Assembly (NCBI GenBank): GCA_964373435.1
Contig: CAYJUS010000001.1
Location: 473-45,711 of the forward strand
Direction of reading: 5' to 3'
DNA from: an uncultured Candidatus Saccharibacteria bacterium
Lineage (GTDB): Bacteria; Patescibacteriota; Minisyncoccia; JAHCSD01
Length of the DNA: 45,239 bases
Numbering within the stretch: position 1 is the first letter of the stretch; the number at the start of each line of letters is the position of its first letter. A program made the position numbers and the translations under genes. The notes beneath the pieces are model-generated. The model did not search any database, was not told the origin of the DNA, and saw only the letters and a list, made by a program, of their open reading frames with translations. This document shows positions 8,892 to 17,926 of the stretch, in pieces.

Positions 8892-8906
8892 ATGCTATGA
8901 GTTCGA

Positions 8907-9917
8907 CTATAACTCTGATTCAGTCTCTCCTGTCTCTTCAGGTGGCTCGCCCTCCTCGTCTTTGGGAGCTGCAAGACTCCTCATTCGGGGAGAAGCCGGG
9001 GGGAGCGCCCGCCGCGCGTGCTCAAGCTTTCGCTTGCCCGCTTCGAGCAATCCCTTAACGTCGGCAGAGGCAATTCGATATTGATCCACCATCTTCGCCC
9101 CTTCGAGCGCAACGGTGACGGCTTCCAGAGAAAGCTGGATGGTGGCCACGATCGCATCTTTTGCGGCGTAAAGCGATTGATCCGTATCGAGAAGCTCTTT
9201 TGCGGTATCCCGTATTGCCGCGATCGGCTGATGAACGGTGGTAAACTGGTGGTACTGGCTCACTGCTTTTTGGAACACCTCGAGCGCGGCATAACATACC
9301 TCGCCCATTGTGCGGGCGACTCCCTCGGAGAGGTCGACGGTGGCTTTAAGCTCCTCTATGAGCTCCTGTCTCCTGGTCTCCCTTTCCTCTTCTGTAAGGA
9401 TGTCGAGTTGCGCATCCAAAAGCATCATGATCTCGGGGTCAACATCGATCTCCGAGCGATCCGCAAGGAACTGGTGCAGGCGTTGGAGGTCCCATTTTTC
9501 TGTCTCCGCCTGCCTGATCTGTTCCCTTAGATTCAAAATCTCTTCACGGTATTCCACCGCATCTTCTGAGAGACCTCGAAGCGCTTCTTGCGTGCCGTCA
9601 ATGCCGCCGCGCATCCGCTTCTCTATATATTGGAGAACGTCTTCTTCCTCTCCTATCGCATCAATCAACCCCTCAGGGAGGCGGTCGAAAAGACTTCTGG
9701 GAACAATGGAACGGACAACTCGCGCAAAGATTCCCTTGCTTCGGTCTCCGGGAAGGTGAAGATCCTTCCGGATCCAGTCATCCAGTTTCCCCATCCCTCT
9801 TTTGTAATCTGTCAATCGCGCGATCTGCTGTTTCAACGTAGGATCTCTTCGTCTCCGGAGCGAAATTAACGCTCTGCTCTCGTTTTGTCCTTTGCCTCTT
9901 CGATCCCGACGACGCAT
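8907..9917 (-). CDS. Coiled-coil protein (336 aa), possibly TelA-like; acidic C-terminal tail
   Basis: Long ORF with predicted helical and coiled-coil character. The TelA resemblance is weak and from memory. Confidence 0.6.
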   Translation of the reverse strand: MRRRDRRGKGQNESRALISLRRRRDPTLKQQIARLTDYKRGMGKLDDWIRKDLHLPGDRSKGIFARVVRSIVPRSLFDRLPEGLIDAIGEEEDVLQYIEKRMRGGIDGTQEALRGLSEDAVEYREEILNLREQIRQAETEKWDLQRLHQFLADRSEIDVDPEIMMLLDAQLDILTEEERETRRQELIEELKATVDLSEGVARTMGEVCYAALEVFQKAVSQYHQFTTVHQPIAAIRDTAKELLDTDQSLYAAKDAIVATIQLSLEAVTVALEGAKMVDQYRIASADVKGLLEAGKRKLEHARRALPPASPRMRSLAAPKDEEGEPPEETGETESEL

Positions 9918-9944
9918 ACTTCCCTCCTTTCTCTTTGTGTGGTG

Positions 9945-10442
9945 TTAGTAGTATCCGCGTCTCACGGTTTCAAGGGGAAACCAATCGTTGCCATAGGCAC
10001 CCTTGAGTTTCCCCCGAAGATACCGGTAGCTCCAGCTTTTGCCCGCCTTTGGGTCGTGGTCTATCCCGTTGTTAAGCGCTTTCCAAGCGTTATTTGCCGC
10101 AAAGACAACCAACCCCGCGGGATTCCACGAAAGCGCGCGTGATACCATTGATCTTCCGAGCGCCCGGCGCGCAATGATCTTTTCAAGCGCGAGAAGTTCT
10201 TCGTTAGTCAGGCTTCTCACCCGTTGGGGTGAGTAAGAAAAGTATTCATTCGCAAGCGCTAAAAAAGTCTTGGCAAAACGCACCTTCGAGCGGGACATGC
10301 GTGTATCAGTTTTTTGTCTCCGCTCTGCTTCTTTCAAAGCGCGCGCCTCTTCCATGTTTGTCTGAATCTCACAGACCACCCGATCCCGGGGATTTTGGCG
10401 GATTAAGCCCTCTCTTCGTCTCGACTCTTCAGCCACAGCCAT
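9945..10442 (-). CDS. Hypothetical protein (165 aa)
   Basis: ORF in operon context. GGAGG lies only 3 nt before ATG 10442, so the start is uncertain. It overlaps the upstream gene by 40 nt. Confidence 0.5.
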   Translation of the reverse strand: MAVAEESRRREGLIRQNPRDRVVCEIQTNMEEARALKEAERRQKTDTRMSRSKVRFAKTFLALANEYFSYSPQRVRSLTNEELLALEKIIARRALGRSMVSRALSWNPAGLVVFAANNAWKALNNGIDHDPKAGKSWSYRYLRGKLKGAYGNDWFPLETVRRGYY

Positions 10443-10591
10443 ATCCCTCCGACAATAAGCGCGATAACGAGCAGGAAAAAGAGCGGCGGGAAGATAATGC
10501 TCAAAACCAATCCCAAAATCAACGGAAGCACTTTAACGACAAACAGCAGTCCTCCGACGACTGCCGCTGCAACCGCGACCACCTTTGTCAT
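10403..10591 (-). CDS. Small two-helix membrane protein (62 aa)
   Basis: AAGGAGGTG lies 7 nt before the ATG, and the sequence is almost entirely hydrophobic. Confidence 0.65.
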   Translation of the reverse strand: MTKVVAVAAAVVGGLLFVVKVLPLILGLVLSIIFPPLFFLLVIALIVGGIWLWLKSRDEERA

Positions 10592-10622
10592 CTCTTGTCA
10601 CCTCCTTTCTTAAGAATTATTC

Positions 10623-10922
10623 CTATTTTACTGTGGATTCTCGGGGATGCTCGTAGAGCATTCGTACCGTCTCACGGCTTGACGCAAGAATCGTCTTCGC
10701 AATCTGCTCATCAGTAAGATTAAGTTTTTTCAAAGATCGATATCTTCGGATAAACTCTTCTGCGAAAAACACGTCCGGGTTCACCACTCTCTTAAGTTCT
10801 CTGCGGGCTCTTTGAAACGCCGCTCTCCCTGCGCGAGAGACTATTCTCCCGGTGAATGCGGTGGTTTCGCCAAGCACCCCTCTCTCTTTTTGAGGTTGGG
10901 CAGGATCCTTTCCGTCGTTCAT
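10623..10922 (-). CDS. Hypothetical basic protein (99 aa); first gene of the operon
   Basis: The internal ATG 10922 has GGGAGGAAGG upstream. The longer GTG 11057 start has no SD. Confidence 0.5.
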   Translation of the reverse strand: MNDGKDPAQPQKERGVLGETTAFTGRIVSRAGRAAFQRARRELKRVVNPDVFFAEEFIRRYRSLKKLNLTDEQIAKTILASSRETVRMLYEHPRESTVK

Positions 10923-11219
10923 ACGATTCCTTCCTCCCTTCCGAAGAAGAACGACCTGCGGTTTTTTCTTGACCGCCTTTTTGCAGGCCAAACACTGTAT
11001 TATAGACCTTCCAAGATTTTTTGTCAAGCCCCGAACCAAGAACTCCATAGAATACACTGTGGTTGGAGGGTTGGTAAGCCGTTATAAACATAGATGGAGG
11101 CGCAGTCCCGTACCGAACGAGGTTCTGGTACGGGGCAAGCCCCGACAGTGATTCCGCTTGATTTTTTCTATACGAAGTGATAAGGTAGAGTCTGAATTCA
11201 CTTCGCAAAGAGTACTGAC

Positions 11220-11504
11220 ATGCCAATCATTCAATCGGCAAAAAAGGCGTTACGCCAAAATACCCGGAGAAGAAAACAAAACCTCAAGAGGAAAAATGAA
11301 ATGAAACTGCTCACCAAGGCCCTGAAAAAAGTTCTTGGAGAACAAAAACAGGAAGAAGTCCGGAGACTCCTCCCCTTGGTATACAGAGCCCTCGACAAAG
11401 CCGCGAAAAAGAATGTGATCAAAAAAAATACCGCGTCCCGAAAGAAGTCGCGGCTCGCGAGATTGGCAGCAAAAGCTTTTTCTCCTCCTCCCCACGCCTC
11501 TTAA
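11220..11504 (+). CDS. rpsT: 30S ribosomal protein S20
   Basis: N-terminus MPIIQSAKKALRQNTRRR and a lysine-rich 94-aa protein. Confidence 0.9.
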   Translation: MPIIQSAKKALRQNTRRRKQNLKRKNEMKLLTKALKKVLGEQKQEEVRRLLPLVYRALDKAAKKNVIKKNTASRKKSRLARLAAKAFSPPPHAS

Positions 11505-12454
11505 CCGTTATGCGATATACGCGCAACAAATAGTTCGAGCGCAAGACGGGGTTCCCGTTTTCCGCTTTTGCTATCGAGGTCTATCGTCGCAATCATCCGG
11601 TAGATCTTTTTTAATTCTCCAAGAGTAAAGCGCTTTGACTGATCATACGACTTGCGAATCACGTAGGGGTGAATGGGAAGCCGTTTCGAAAAAAGGGTGA
11701 ACGGCACGCGCTCTTCGTCAAGCGCCTTCACCCGAATGAGATTCTTAATGCGGTATGCGATCATCGAAAGGAGGTAAGACTCGTTCGCCCCTTTTTCCAT
11801 CATTTCTCCCAGAAGCCGCATGGCATGTTTTTTTTGTCTCGAAGACAATGCATCGATCATCTCGAAAATGTTCGTATCAATATCCTTTTTAAGATGGGTG
11901 GCTACGTGGTTCTCGGTAATATCGCCCCCGGAATAGGAGACGAGTTTGTCGAGTTCGTTCTTCAGGCCCCACGTGTCACGAAAGGCGCTCAAGTTCAAGA
12001 AGAGCGCGAGCGCGTCTGAATCTATGCGGGCTTTCTTGTTTTCGAGATATTCCGATGCCCAGCGCTTCCTTGCGACTCCTTTTAGTTCGCGAAACTCTTG
12101 TGTTTTTGCGACGCGCGGGAGCCACGCCGTAAGACCGCTCTTTTTCCCTTTCTCCGCCTGCCTGAAGATGACAATAACGTCTTTCTCTTTTTCGAGGGGT
12201 CGTGCCTCGAGGAATTCTTTAAACTGTTTCTGGAAGAGGTCGCTCTCGGAGGTGCTCGTTATGATGATAAGTTTTTTCTCCGGGAAAAGAGATGCTGTTT
12301 CAATTATTTTTTTGAAGTTCTCGAATCCGTCTTCCTCTGTATCGAGTCGATGAAAACTAAGACCACTCGTGTGGGTTTTTTTGTATTCTCTGATAATCTC
12401 GTTAAGTTTTTCCCGGCTCCGATAGGTGTCGGGACCGTAAAGAAAGTAAATCAT
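11501..12454 (-). CDS. holA: DNA polymerase III delta subunit
   Basis: 317 aa starting MIYFLYGPDTY, with HolA-like length and layout. It overlaps the rpsT stop convergently. Confidence 0.8.
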   Translation of the reverse strand: MIYFLYGPDTYRSREKLNEIIREYKKTHTSGLSFHRLDTEEDGFENFKKIIETASLFPEKKLIIITSTSESDLFQKQFKEFLEARPLEKEKDVIVIFRQAEKGKKSGLTAWLPRVAKTQEFRELKGVARKRWASEYLENKKARIDSDALALFLNLSAFRDTWGLKNELDKLVSYSGGDITENHVATHLKKDIDTNIFEMIDALSSRQKKHAMRLLGEMMEKGANESYLLSMIAYRIKNLIRVKALDEERVPFTLFSKRLPIHPYVIRKSYDQSKRFTLGELKKIYRMIATIDLDSKSGKREPRLALELFVARISHNG

Positions 12455-12470
12455 ATCGAGATAATAGGAA

Positions 12471-13532
12471 TTAGGAATCAGGAATTAGTTCCCACTTCAC
12501 GCGTTGGTATGGTTCTACCACCTGAATCCAGATAGACCCGGGAACAAATTCGACTTCGGATCCACGTTCATCATAAAAAGAGAGCGCGCTCGCAGGATTG
12601 TTTCTGTCCTTCATCCATTTCCCGTAGATCTCTCGCCCGTTTTGATATATGCTCGCCCCGCCCTCCCCCTCTATTTCTACGTCATTATACTGCCCCTCGA
12701 TTTGGCGGGATGAGGCGCGCATCACAATAACGTTTTTTGCCTCAACCTGTTTACTGGTTAAGCGATCGGTTTCCGCCTTGTCCCCTCTCCAACGCGCGTA
12801 CGTATTTTTTTCAGGACGATAGACATACCTTATGTTAAAAGGATAGGGGTAGCCGATGGTAAGGGCAGCGGTTTGCGACGACGCGTGAGAAGACTCACGG
12901 TGCCGATACCCTTCGAACGCGGTCTCCGTACGATACCCAAGACTGGTTGCGGCATTAAGGAGACGTTCTCCTGAAGTAAAGCCGTTGTGGGGACGGGGGA
13001 TTTCGGGTTTCCGGTAAAACGCGCCAAAGGGGTTTCGAAGCGCGTTGATATTTTCGATGATACCGCGATTAAGTTCAGAGAGCGCGTAGTGGGATCCCCC
13101 CCAATGAACAAATACGGCGTCCACACCCATCGCCAAGGGAATAAAGTCGTGCCGCGCGCTTCTCACGCTCCCTATCTCCGAAGGCAGTTCGCATTGAAAC
13201 ACTGCGAGAATGCGGGTGATGCCTCCGGTAACCACGGGCATTTCAACCACAAGATCCGCGGCGCCGATTCCCGAGAGCGGACGCGCCTCGGGATCTGAAG
13301 CCATCATTACGGCAAAGGGGCGCCGCGAGTGGAACTCGCAAGGAAGACCCGAAATTGCACTCGAAGGAACTTCTTTAGAGATTCGCTCCTCTTGATGCAT
13401 ATCGCCCGAGACAAGAGAGGTTGCAACATAGACTCTCGAAGGAAAAGTCCGTAAAACAAAAACAGCGCCCCCCGCCAAACCCGCAACAACGAGCGCCCCC
13501 AATAAAAGAATGGGTGTTTTTTTGAATTGCAC
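12471..13532 (-). CDS. DUF3048 (YerB-like) secreted or lipoprotein-like protein
   Basis: N-terminal TM/signal segment plus blocks RPLSGIGAADLVVE, GGITRILAVF and GSVRSARHDF. Confidence 0.6.
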   Translation of the reverse strand: MQFKKTPILLLGALVVAGLAGGAVFVLRTFPSRVYVATSLVSGDMHQEERISKEVPSSAISGLPCEFHSRRPFAVMMASDPEARPLSGIGAADLVVEMPVVTGGITRILAVFQCELPSEIGSVRSARHDFIPLAMGVDAVFVHWGGSHYALSELNRGIIENINALRNPFGAFYRKPEIPRPHNGFTSGERLLNAATSLGYRTETAFEGYRHRESSHASSQTAALTIGYPYPFNIRYVYRPEKNTYARWRGDKAETDRLTSKQVEAKNVIVMRASSRQIEGQYNDVEIEGEGGASIYQNGREIYGKWMKDRNNPASALSFYDERGSEVEFVPGSIWIQVVEPYQRVKWELIPDS

Positions 13533-13592
13533 GGTTTTCTTTTATACAAAATCGCAGACTCGAGAACCGTCCAACGGCATGTGTGAGGCTTT

Positions 13593-14417
13593 TTATCTCT
13601 TGAGCGTGCTCCTTACTTTTTCTACGATCTCGCCGGGGGTAAAGTGCGCCTTGATGAGATAGTCCTGCGCCCCAAGCCGGAGCCCCCGCTCCACGTCTTC
13701 TTTCTGGCCTAGGTTTGAAAGGATAATAACGGGTATTCCTTTTGTCTCGGAATCTTCTTTTATTCGTTTCAACACTTCAAACCCATCAATGCCGGGGAGG
13801 ATAAGATCAAGGAGTATCAGCCCCACCATGTGTTCTTTCGCCATTTTTGTCCCCTCTTCCCCGTCAATCGCCTGTACCACCTCAAACCCTTCTTTTTCGA
13901 GTTTCTGCACAATAAGATCCCGCAAAAATTTGTCGTCTTCCACAATGAGAACCTTATGGGGAAGGGGGCCACCTGTCTTCTCTTCTTTTTTCGGAGTCGA
14001 AGGTGTCCCCGTATTCGTGGGTTCTGGGGTTTTTGTGTTGGATTGTTCCGACGGGAGGTTTTGTCGGATTTTTTTCACGACTTCCTCGGGAGAAAATTCT
14101 GCTTTAATGAGATAATCTCTTGCCCCCGACTTTATTGCCTCCTCTATCTCGACCGGTTGCCCGGAATTTGAGATCACAATAATGGGGGTGTTGCGCAGGG
14201 CCTCGTCCTGTTGCGCCTCACGCATTACCTCAAATCCTCCCATTTTCGGCATGATAATATCGAGCAACACCAAATCGGGTTTCTCCTCACGAAACTTTTG
14301 AAGACCGTCCACCCCGTTCTTCGAAACAAAAACTTCATACCCTTCCTTCTTGAGCTTGCTCTCAAGCACTTCGAGCAATACCTCTTCGTCCTCGATGATA
14401 AGAATTTTTTGGGCCAT
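13593..14417 (-). CDS. Tandem-receiver response regulator (REC-linker-REC, no output domain)
   Basis: Two CheY-like domains (DEE..LLDIIMP.., DDK..LLDLILP.., each with a K+Y/F signature) joined by a Pro/Thr-rich linker. Confidence 0.85.
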   Translation of the reverse strand: MAQKILIIEDEEVLLEVLESKLKKEGYEVFVSKNGVDGLQKFREEKPDLVLLDIIMPKMGGFEVMREAQQDEALRNTPIIVISNSGQPVEIEEAIKSGARDYLIKAEFSPEEVVKKIRQNLPSEQSNTKTPEPTNTGTPSTPKKEEKTGGPLPHKVLIVEDDKFLRDLIVQKLEKEGFEVVQAIDGEEGTKMAKEHMVGLILLDLILPGIDGFEVLKRIKEDSETKGIPVIILSNLGQKEDVERGLRLGAQDYLIKAHFTPGEIVEKVRSTLKR

Positions 14418-14497
14418 GCAAACGCGAATGAGTTACAAATAATTTTACAAATATATACAAACAAATATTCGTAATAATTTGTATATCGATTCGTAAC

Positions 14498-17095
14498 CTA
14501 TTGGTGTTTGTTATATTGTACCATGTTTCCCCAATCACTGCCAGTGGTGACGTCCACTTCGAGGGGAACCGAGAGCGTGTGTACGGTTTCCATAATACGG
14601 GTGATGTGTGGTACCGTTTCTTTCACTATATCACGCCTTATTTCAAAAAGTAAGTCGTCGTGAATCTGCAAAACGAGACGGGCATCCAACCGTTGCTCTT
14701 CGAGGTAGTTAACGGTACGGATCATCGCGAGTTTAATAAAATCCGCGTTTGTGCCTTGAGCGGTCATGTTAACCGCCATCCGTTCTGCCTCGGCGCGAAG
14801 ATCGTTTCGGGAAGAATGAATTCCGGGGAGGTATCTCCTCCTTCCGAACACCGTCTCCACGAAACCCTGCTCTCGGGCCCGCTCTTTCACCTGCTCGATG
14901 TAGCGGGCAACCCCCTCAAACTTCTGAAAATAGTTCCTGAGGAACGAACGGGCTTCGGAGAGGTCTTTTTTTAGGGAACGGGCTATCCTGCGAGCGGAAA
15001 CCCCGTACATAAGCCCGAAATTAACGGCTTTTGCACTCTCCCGCAATGCGGGAGTGACATGCGCTTCGTCCACCCCCCAAAGAAGTGAAGCGGTGAAGGT
15101 GTGAATATCCTCGCCCCGCGCAAACGCCTCGCACATTTTCTTGTCTCGGGAAAGATGCGCGATAATGCGCAGCTCAATTTGGGAATAGTCGAAAGAAACA
15201 AAGACGCTCCCTCTTGGCGCGACAAACGCGCTGCGGATTTCTTTTGCCCACCTTCCCCGTTTCGGAATATTTTGGAGATTAGGGTTTGAACTCGAAAGTC
15301 TTCCGGTCGCCGTGGTGGTTTGGTGAAAAGTGGTGTGGATTCGTTTTGTACGCCGCTTAACAAGACGCGGAAGAGCATCCACATAAGTGGATTTCAGTTT
15401 AAAAAGTTCCCGATAGTCAAGAAGGGGCGGGACGATTGGGTGGAGAGACTCAACACCCGCAAGATCGCCAGCGGAAGTAGAAACAAAACCGGTTGGTGTT
15501 TTTTTTAATCTTCTGGAGGGAATCCCCAATTCTTCGAAAAGGAGGGTCCGCAGCTCTTTTGGGGAATTAATGTTAAATTTTCGTCCTCCCAGACGGTATA
15601 TTTTCTTTTCTCGATCTAAAATTTCTCGCGCGAGGATCCGGGAAAGCTGTTCGAGGCGAGAAGTACTTACCCGTATTCCCGTTTCTTCCATTTTCGCAAG
15701 AACAGAAACGAGCGGCATCTCGATATCCCGCAGGATGTGTTCAAGCTTCGCCTCGTTAATTTTACCATCAAGAGCGGCAAAGAGAGACGGAAAAGGATTT
15801 TGCGCGCCCCCTCGAGAACCCACATAGCGCGCGCACAAGCGCGGAACGCTATAGTCCTCTTCTCCGGGATCGACAAGATACGCCATAATAAGAAGATCGT
15901 GGGTTGCGCCCCGAAGTTGGATCCCGCGTCTCGAAAACTCTTTAAGAAGGAACTTGAGGTCATACACTACTTTCTCAAATCGCGTGTCCTCAAGAAACTG
16001 TTTCGCCTCCCTTCGCGAAAGATCAAGAGAACGAGAGGAATTTTTTTTAATAATCCTAACGCTTCCCCCTTCTCTCCCCGCGAACTGAACGTCTAGAAAG
16101 AATTTTGAAGAAGGAGACCGAAACGGTGTCGCGCCTTTTTCGGGAAAGGTCGCTTCGTCCGCCGGAGCCTTCACGCTCTCTCCGGGCTCCGAGGAAAGCT
16201 CAAGGGCGCTTATGCGTTTCAAAAGACTGTAAAAGCCGAGGTCTCTGAAAAGATCTGCGAGCGCGCCCGCACTACAGTGTTCCTTCCACTTCGCGCGCGA
16301 AAGCTCGAAGGAAAGCGCGACATCGGTATAGATGGTAGCAAGTTGTTTACTAAAAAATGCCTGCTCTTTCCCCGCGCGAAGTTTTTCCTCCACTCGTGGA
16401 GAAAGAGAATTTTTTTCAAGGTTTTTGTAGAGCATCTCGATGCTCCCAAACCGCTGGATAAGATCCCGTGCGGTTTTCTCCCCCACCCCCGCCACGCCCG
16501 GGATATTATCGGAGGGATCCCCTACAAGTCCTTTGAAGTCTGCGAGTTGCAGGGGCGCGATTCCGAAACGCTCCTCGACCGCCGAAGGATCATAGATAAC
16601 GACATCGCTAAATCCCCTTCGGAATGTATATACCTCCGTATGCGAATCAACCAATTGCAATGTGTCGAGGTCCCCTGAAAGGATAATGATGCCGAGTTCT
16701 CCTTTCGCCTTTTCCTTGCGGAGATATTTTTGCGTGAGAGTCCCGATGATATCGTCCGCTTCGTAAGACTGTTTTTCAAGCACGGGGATACCGAACGCGT
16801 CCACTATTTTTCTTATGGTGCCGAACTGCTCCTTCAAGTCTTCGGGCGTTGCGGGGCGCTGCGCCTTGTACTCCGCAAACTCTTTATGCCGAAACGTGGG
16901 ACCCGGAAGATCGAATGCGGCAACGACATAGTCGGGCTTGAGCTCCCGAAGCGCCTTGATAAGGACCGAGGTAAAACCGTACACCGCTCCCGCGGGCTCG
17001 CCCCGGGGAGAAGCAAGAGGAGGAAGCGCGTGGTATGCCCTATGTATGAGCGCGTGAGCGTCAATAACAAGTAGTGTCTTTTTTTTATGGGTCAT
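14498..17095 (-). CDS. polA: DNA polymerase I
   Basis: 865 aa with a 5'-3' exonuclease N-terminus (LLVIDAHALIHRAYHA) and pol A motifs (DYSQIELR, RESAKAVNFGLMYG, QIHDDL). Confidence 0.95.
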   Translation of the reverse strand: MTHKKKTLLVIDAHALIHRAYHALPPLASPRGEPAGAVYGFTSVLIKALRELKPDYVVAAFDLPGPTFRHKEFAEYKAQRPATPEDLKEQFGTIRKIVDAFGIPVLEKQSYEADDIIGTLTQKYLRKEKAKGELGIIILSGDLDTLQLVDSHTEVYTFRRGFSDVVIYDPSAVEERFGIAPLQLADFKGLVGDPSDNIPGVAGVGEKTARDLIQRFGSIEMLYKNLEKNSLSPRVEEKLRAGKEQAFFSKQLATIYTDVALSFELSRAKWKEHCSAGALADLFRDLGFYSLLKRISALELSSEPGESVKAPADEATFPEKGATPFRSPSSKFFLDVQFAGREGGSVRIIKKNSSRSLDLSRREAKQFLEDTRFEKVVYDLKFLLKEFSRRGIQLRGATHDLLIMAYLVDPGEEDYSVPRLCARYVGSRGGAQNPFPSLFAALDGKINEAKLEHILRDIEMPLVSVLAKMEETGIRVSTSRLEQLSRILAREILDREKKIYRLGGRKFNINSPKELRTLLFEELGIPSRRLKKTPTGFVSTSAGDLAGVESLHPIVPPLLDYRELFKLKSTYVDALPRLVKRRTKRIHTTFHQTTTATGRLSSSNPNLQNIPKRGRWAKEIRSAFVAPRGSVFVSFDYSQIELRIIAHLSRDKKMCEAFARGEDIHTFTASLLWGVDEAHVTPALRESAKAVNFGLMYGVSARRIARSLKKDLSEARSFLRNYFQKFEGVARYIEQVKERAREQGFVETVFGRRRYLPGIHSSRNDLRAEAERMAVNMTAQGTNADFIKLAMIRTVNYLEEQRLDARLVLQIHDDLLFEIRRDIVKETVPHITRIMETVHTLSVPLEVDVTTGSDWGNMVQYNKHQ

Positions 17096-17219
17096 AGTGG
17101 GAAAGGATTAACAAAAAATAACAGACTGAACAGCAAAAGAGAGTCGAGCGACTACACGCAAAAAAGTTTAGATTGGTGCTTCGGCCATTTGCGTGACGTT
17201 TGAATTTTGGCACTCGACG

Positions 17220-17708
17220 CTACCCAATGGTTATTCTTCTCTCCTTGTCTCCCATACCCTCGAACTTAATCCAAATGGCGTCAGCGGGTATGGCGCGTTT
17301 TATTCTTTCTGCCCATTCTATCACGATCAAGGTATTTGGTTTTTTTGTGCTGTCTTCGAAGTCAACGCCGATAAGGTCTTTCTTGCGGGAGAGCCGATAA
17401 AAATCGAGGTGATAAAACGCTCTGAAGCCATGGCGCTTTAACGCGCGAGAGCTTAGCCGATATTCTTTGCTTATTACAAACGTGGGGCTTGTGATCCTCT
17501 TTTTCATGCCGAGAGCGCGCCCGACTCCTTGCGCAAATCGGGTCTTTCCCGTACCGAGCTCGCCAGATAGCGCGAGTACGCGTGCGGTTCTCTTCGACGA
17601 GGGAAGGAGACGAACCAACTCCTCCGCGATCCTCTTGGTTTCTTCCTCGTTTCTCGTTGTGACGACCACCGTGCCCATAGTGCCCTTTATTATACCAAAA
17701 TTTTGCAC
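17220..17708 (-). CDS. tsaE: tRNA t6A biosynthesis ATPase TsaE
   Basis: Motifs LSGELGTGKT, ITSPTF and YHLDFYRL. Confidence 0.85.
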   Translation of the reverse strand: MQNFGIIKGTMGTVVVTTRNEEETKRIAEELVRLLPSSKRTARVLALSGELGTGKTRFAQGVGRALGMKKRITSPTFVISKEYRLSSRALKRHGFRAFYHLDFYRLSRKKDLIGVDFEDSTKKPNTLIVIEWAERIKRAIPADAIWIKFEGMGDKERRITIG

Positions 17709-17727
17709 TTCTCTCTAATTATCTTTA

Positions 17728-17860
17728 CCCCGCACGTAAAAGAGACCGTGCTCAAGGTTCGCTGAAATTCGTCTTGCCGAGAGGCTGTCAACGCAAGACG
17801 ATACTGTTTTCTCCCTCGAGTATCATCGCAACGGAAGAACCGTCTCTTTTATGTGCGGGG
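17728..17860. other. Inverted-repeat-bounded structured element (element Z)
   Basis: ccccgcacgtaaaagagac (17728-17746) pairs with gtctcttttatgtgcgggg (17842-17860), including one G-U. The inner 9-bp hairpin is 17769-17777 / 17793-17801. Confidence 0.5.
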
Positions 17861-17889
17861 TTGACTCTTCGCAGAATGCGGGCTAGACT
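17861..17889 (+). promoter_or_regulatory. Sigma70-like promoter of the DHH-family gene
   Basis: TTGACT-N17-TAGACT, 38 nt upstream of ATG 17927. Confidence 0.55.
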
Positions 17890-17926
17890 GGATCGAATAC
17901 CCAAGAACGATAAAGGGAACGCTCAC

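Noticed and set aside
10792-11226. 144-aa - strand ORF overlapping the first operon gene and the divergent spacer
   Set aside because: It overlaps, out of frame, an ORF with a strong SD. It has no SD or recognisable features of its own.
17774-17926. Upstream extension of the DHH-family ORF
   Set aside because: It crosses the predicted promoter (17861-17889) and the inverted-repeat element. The DHH similarity starts at ATG 17927.
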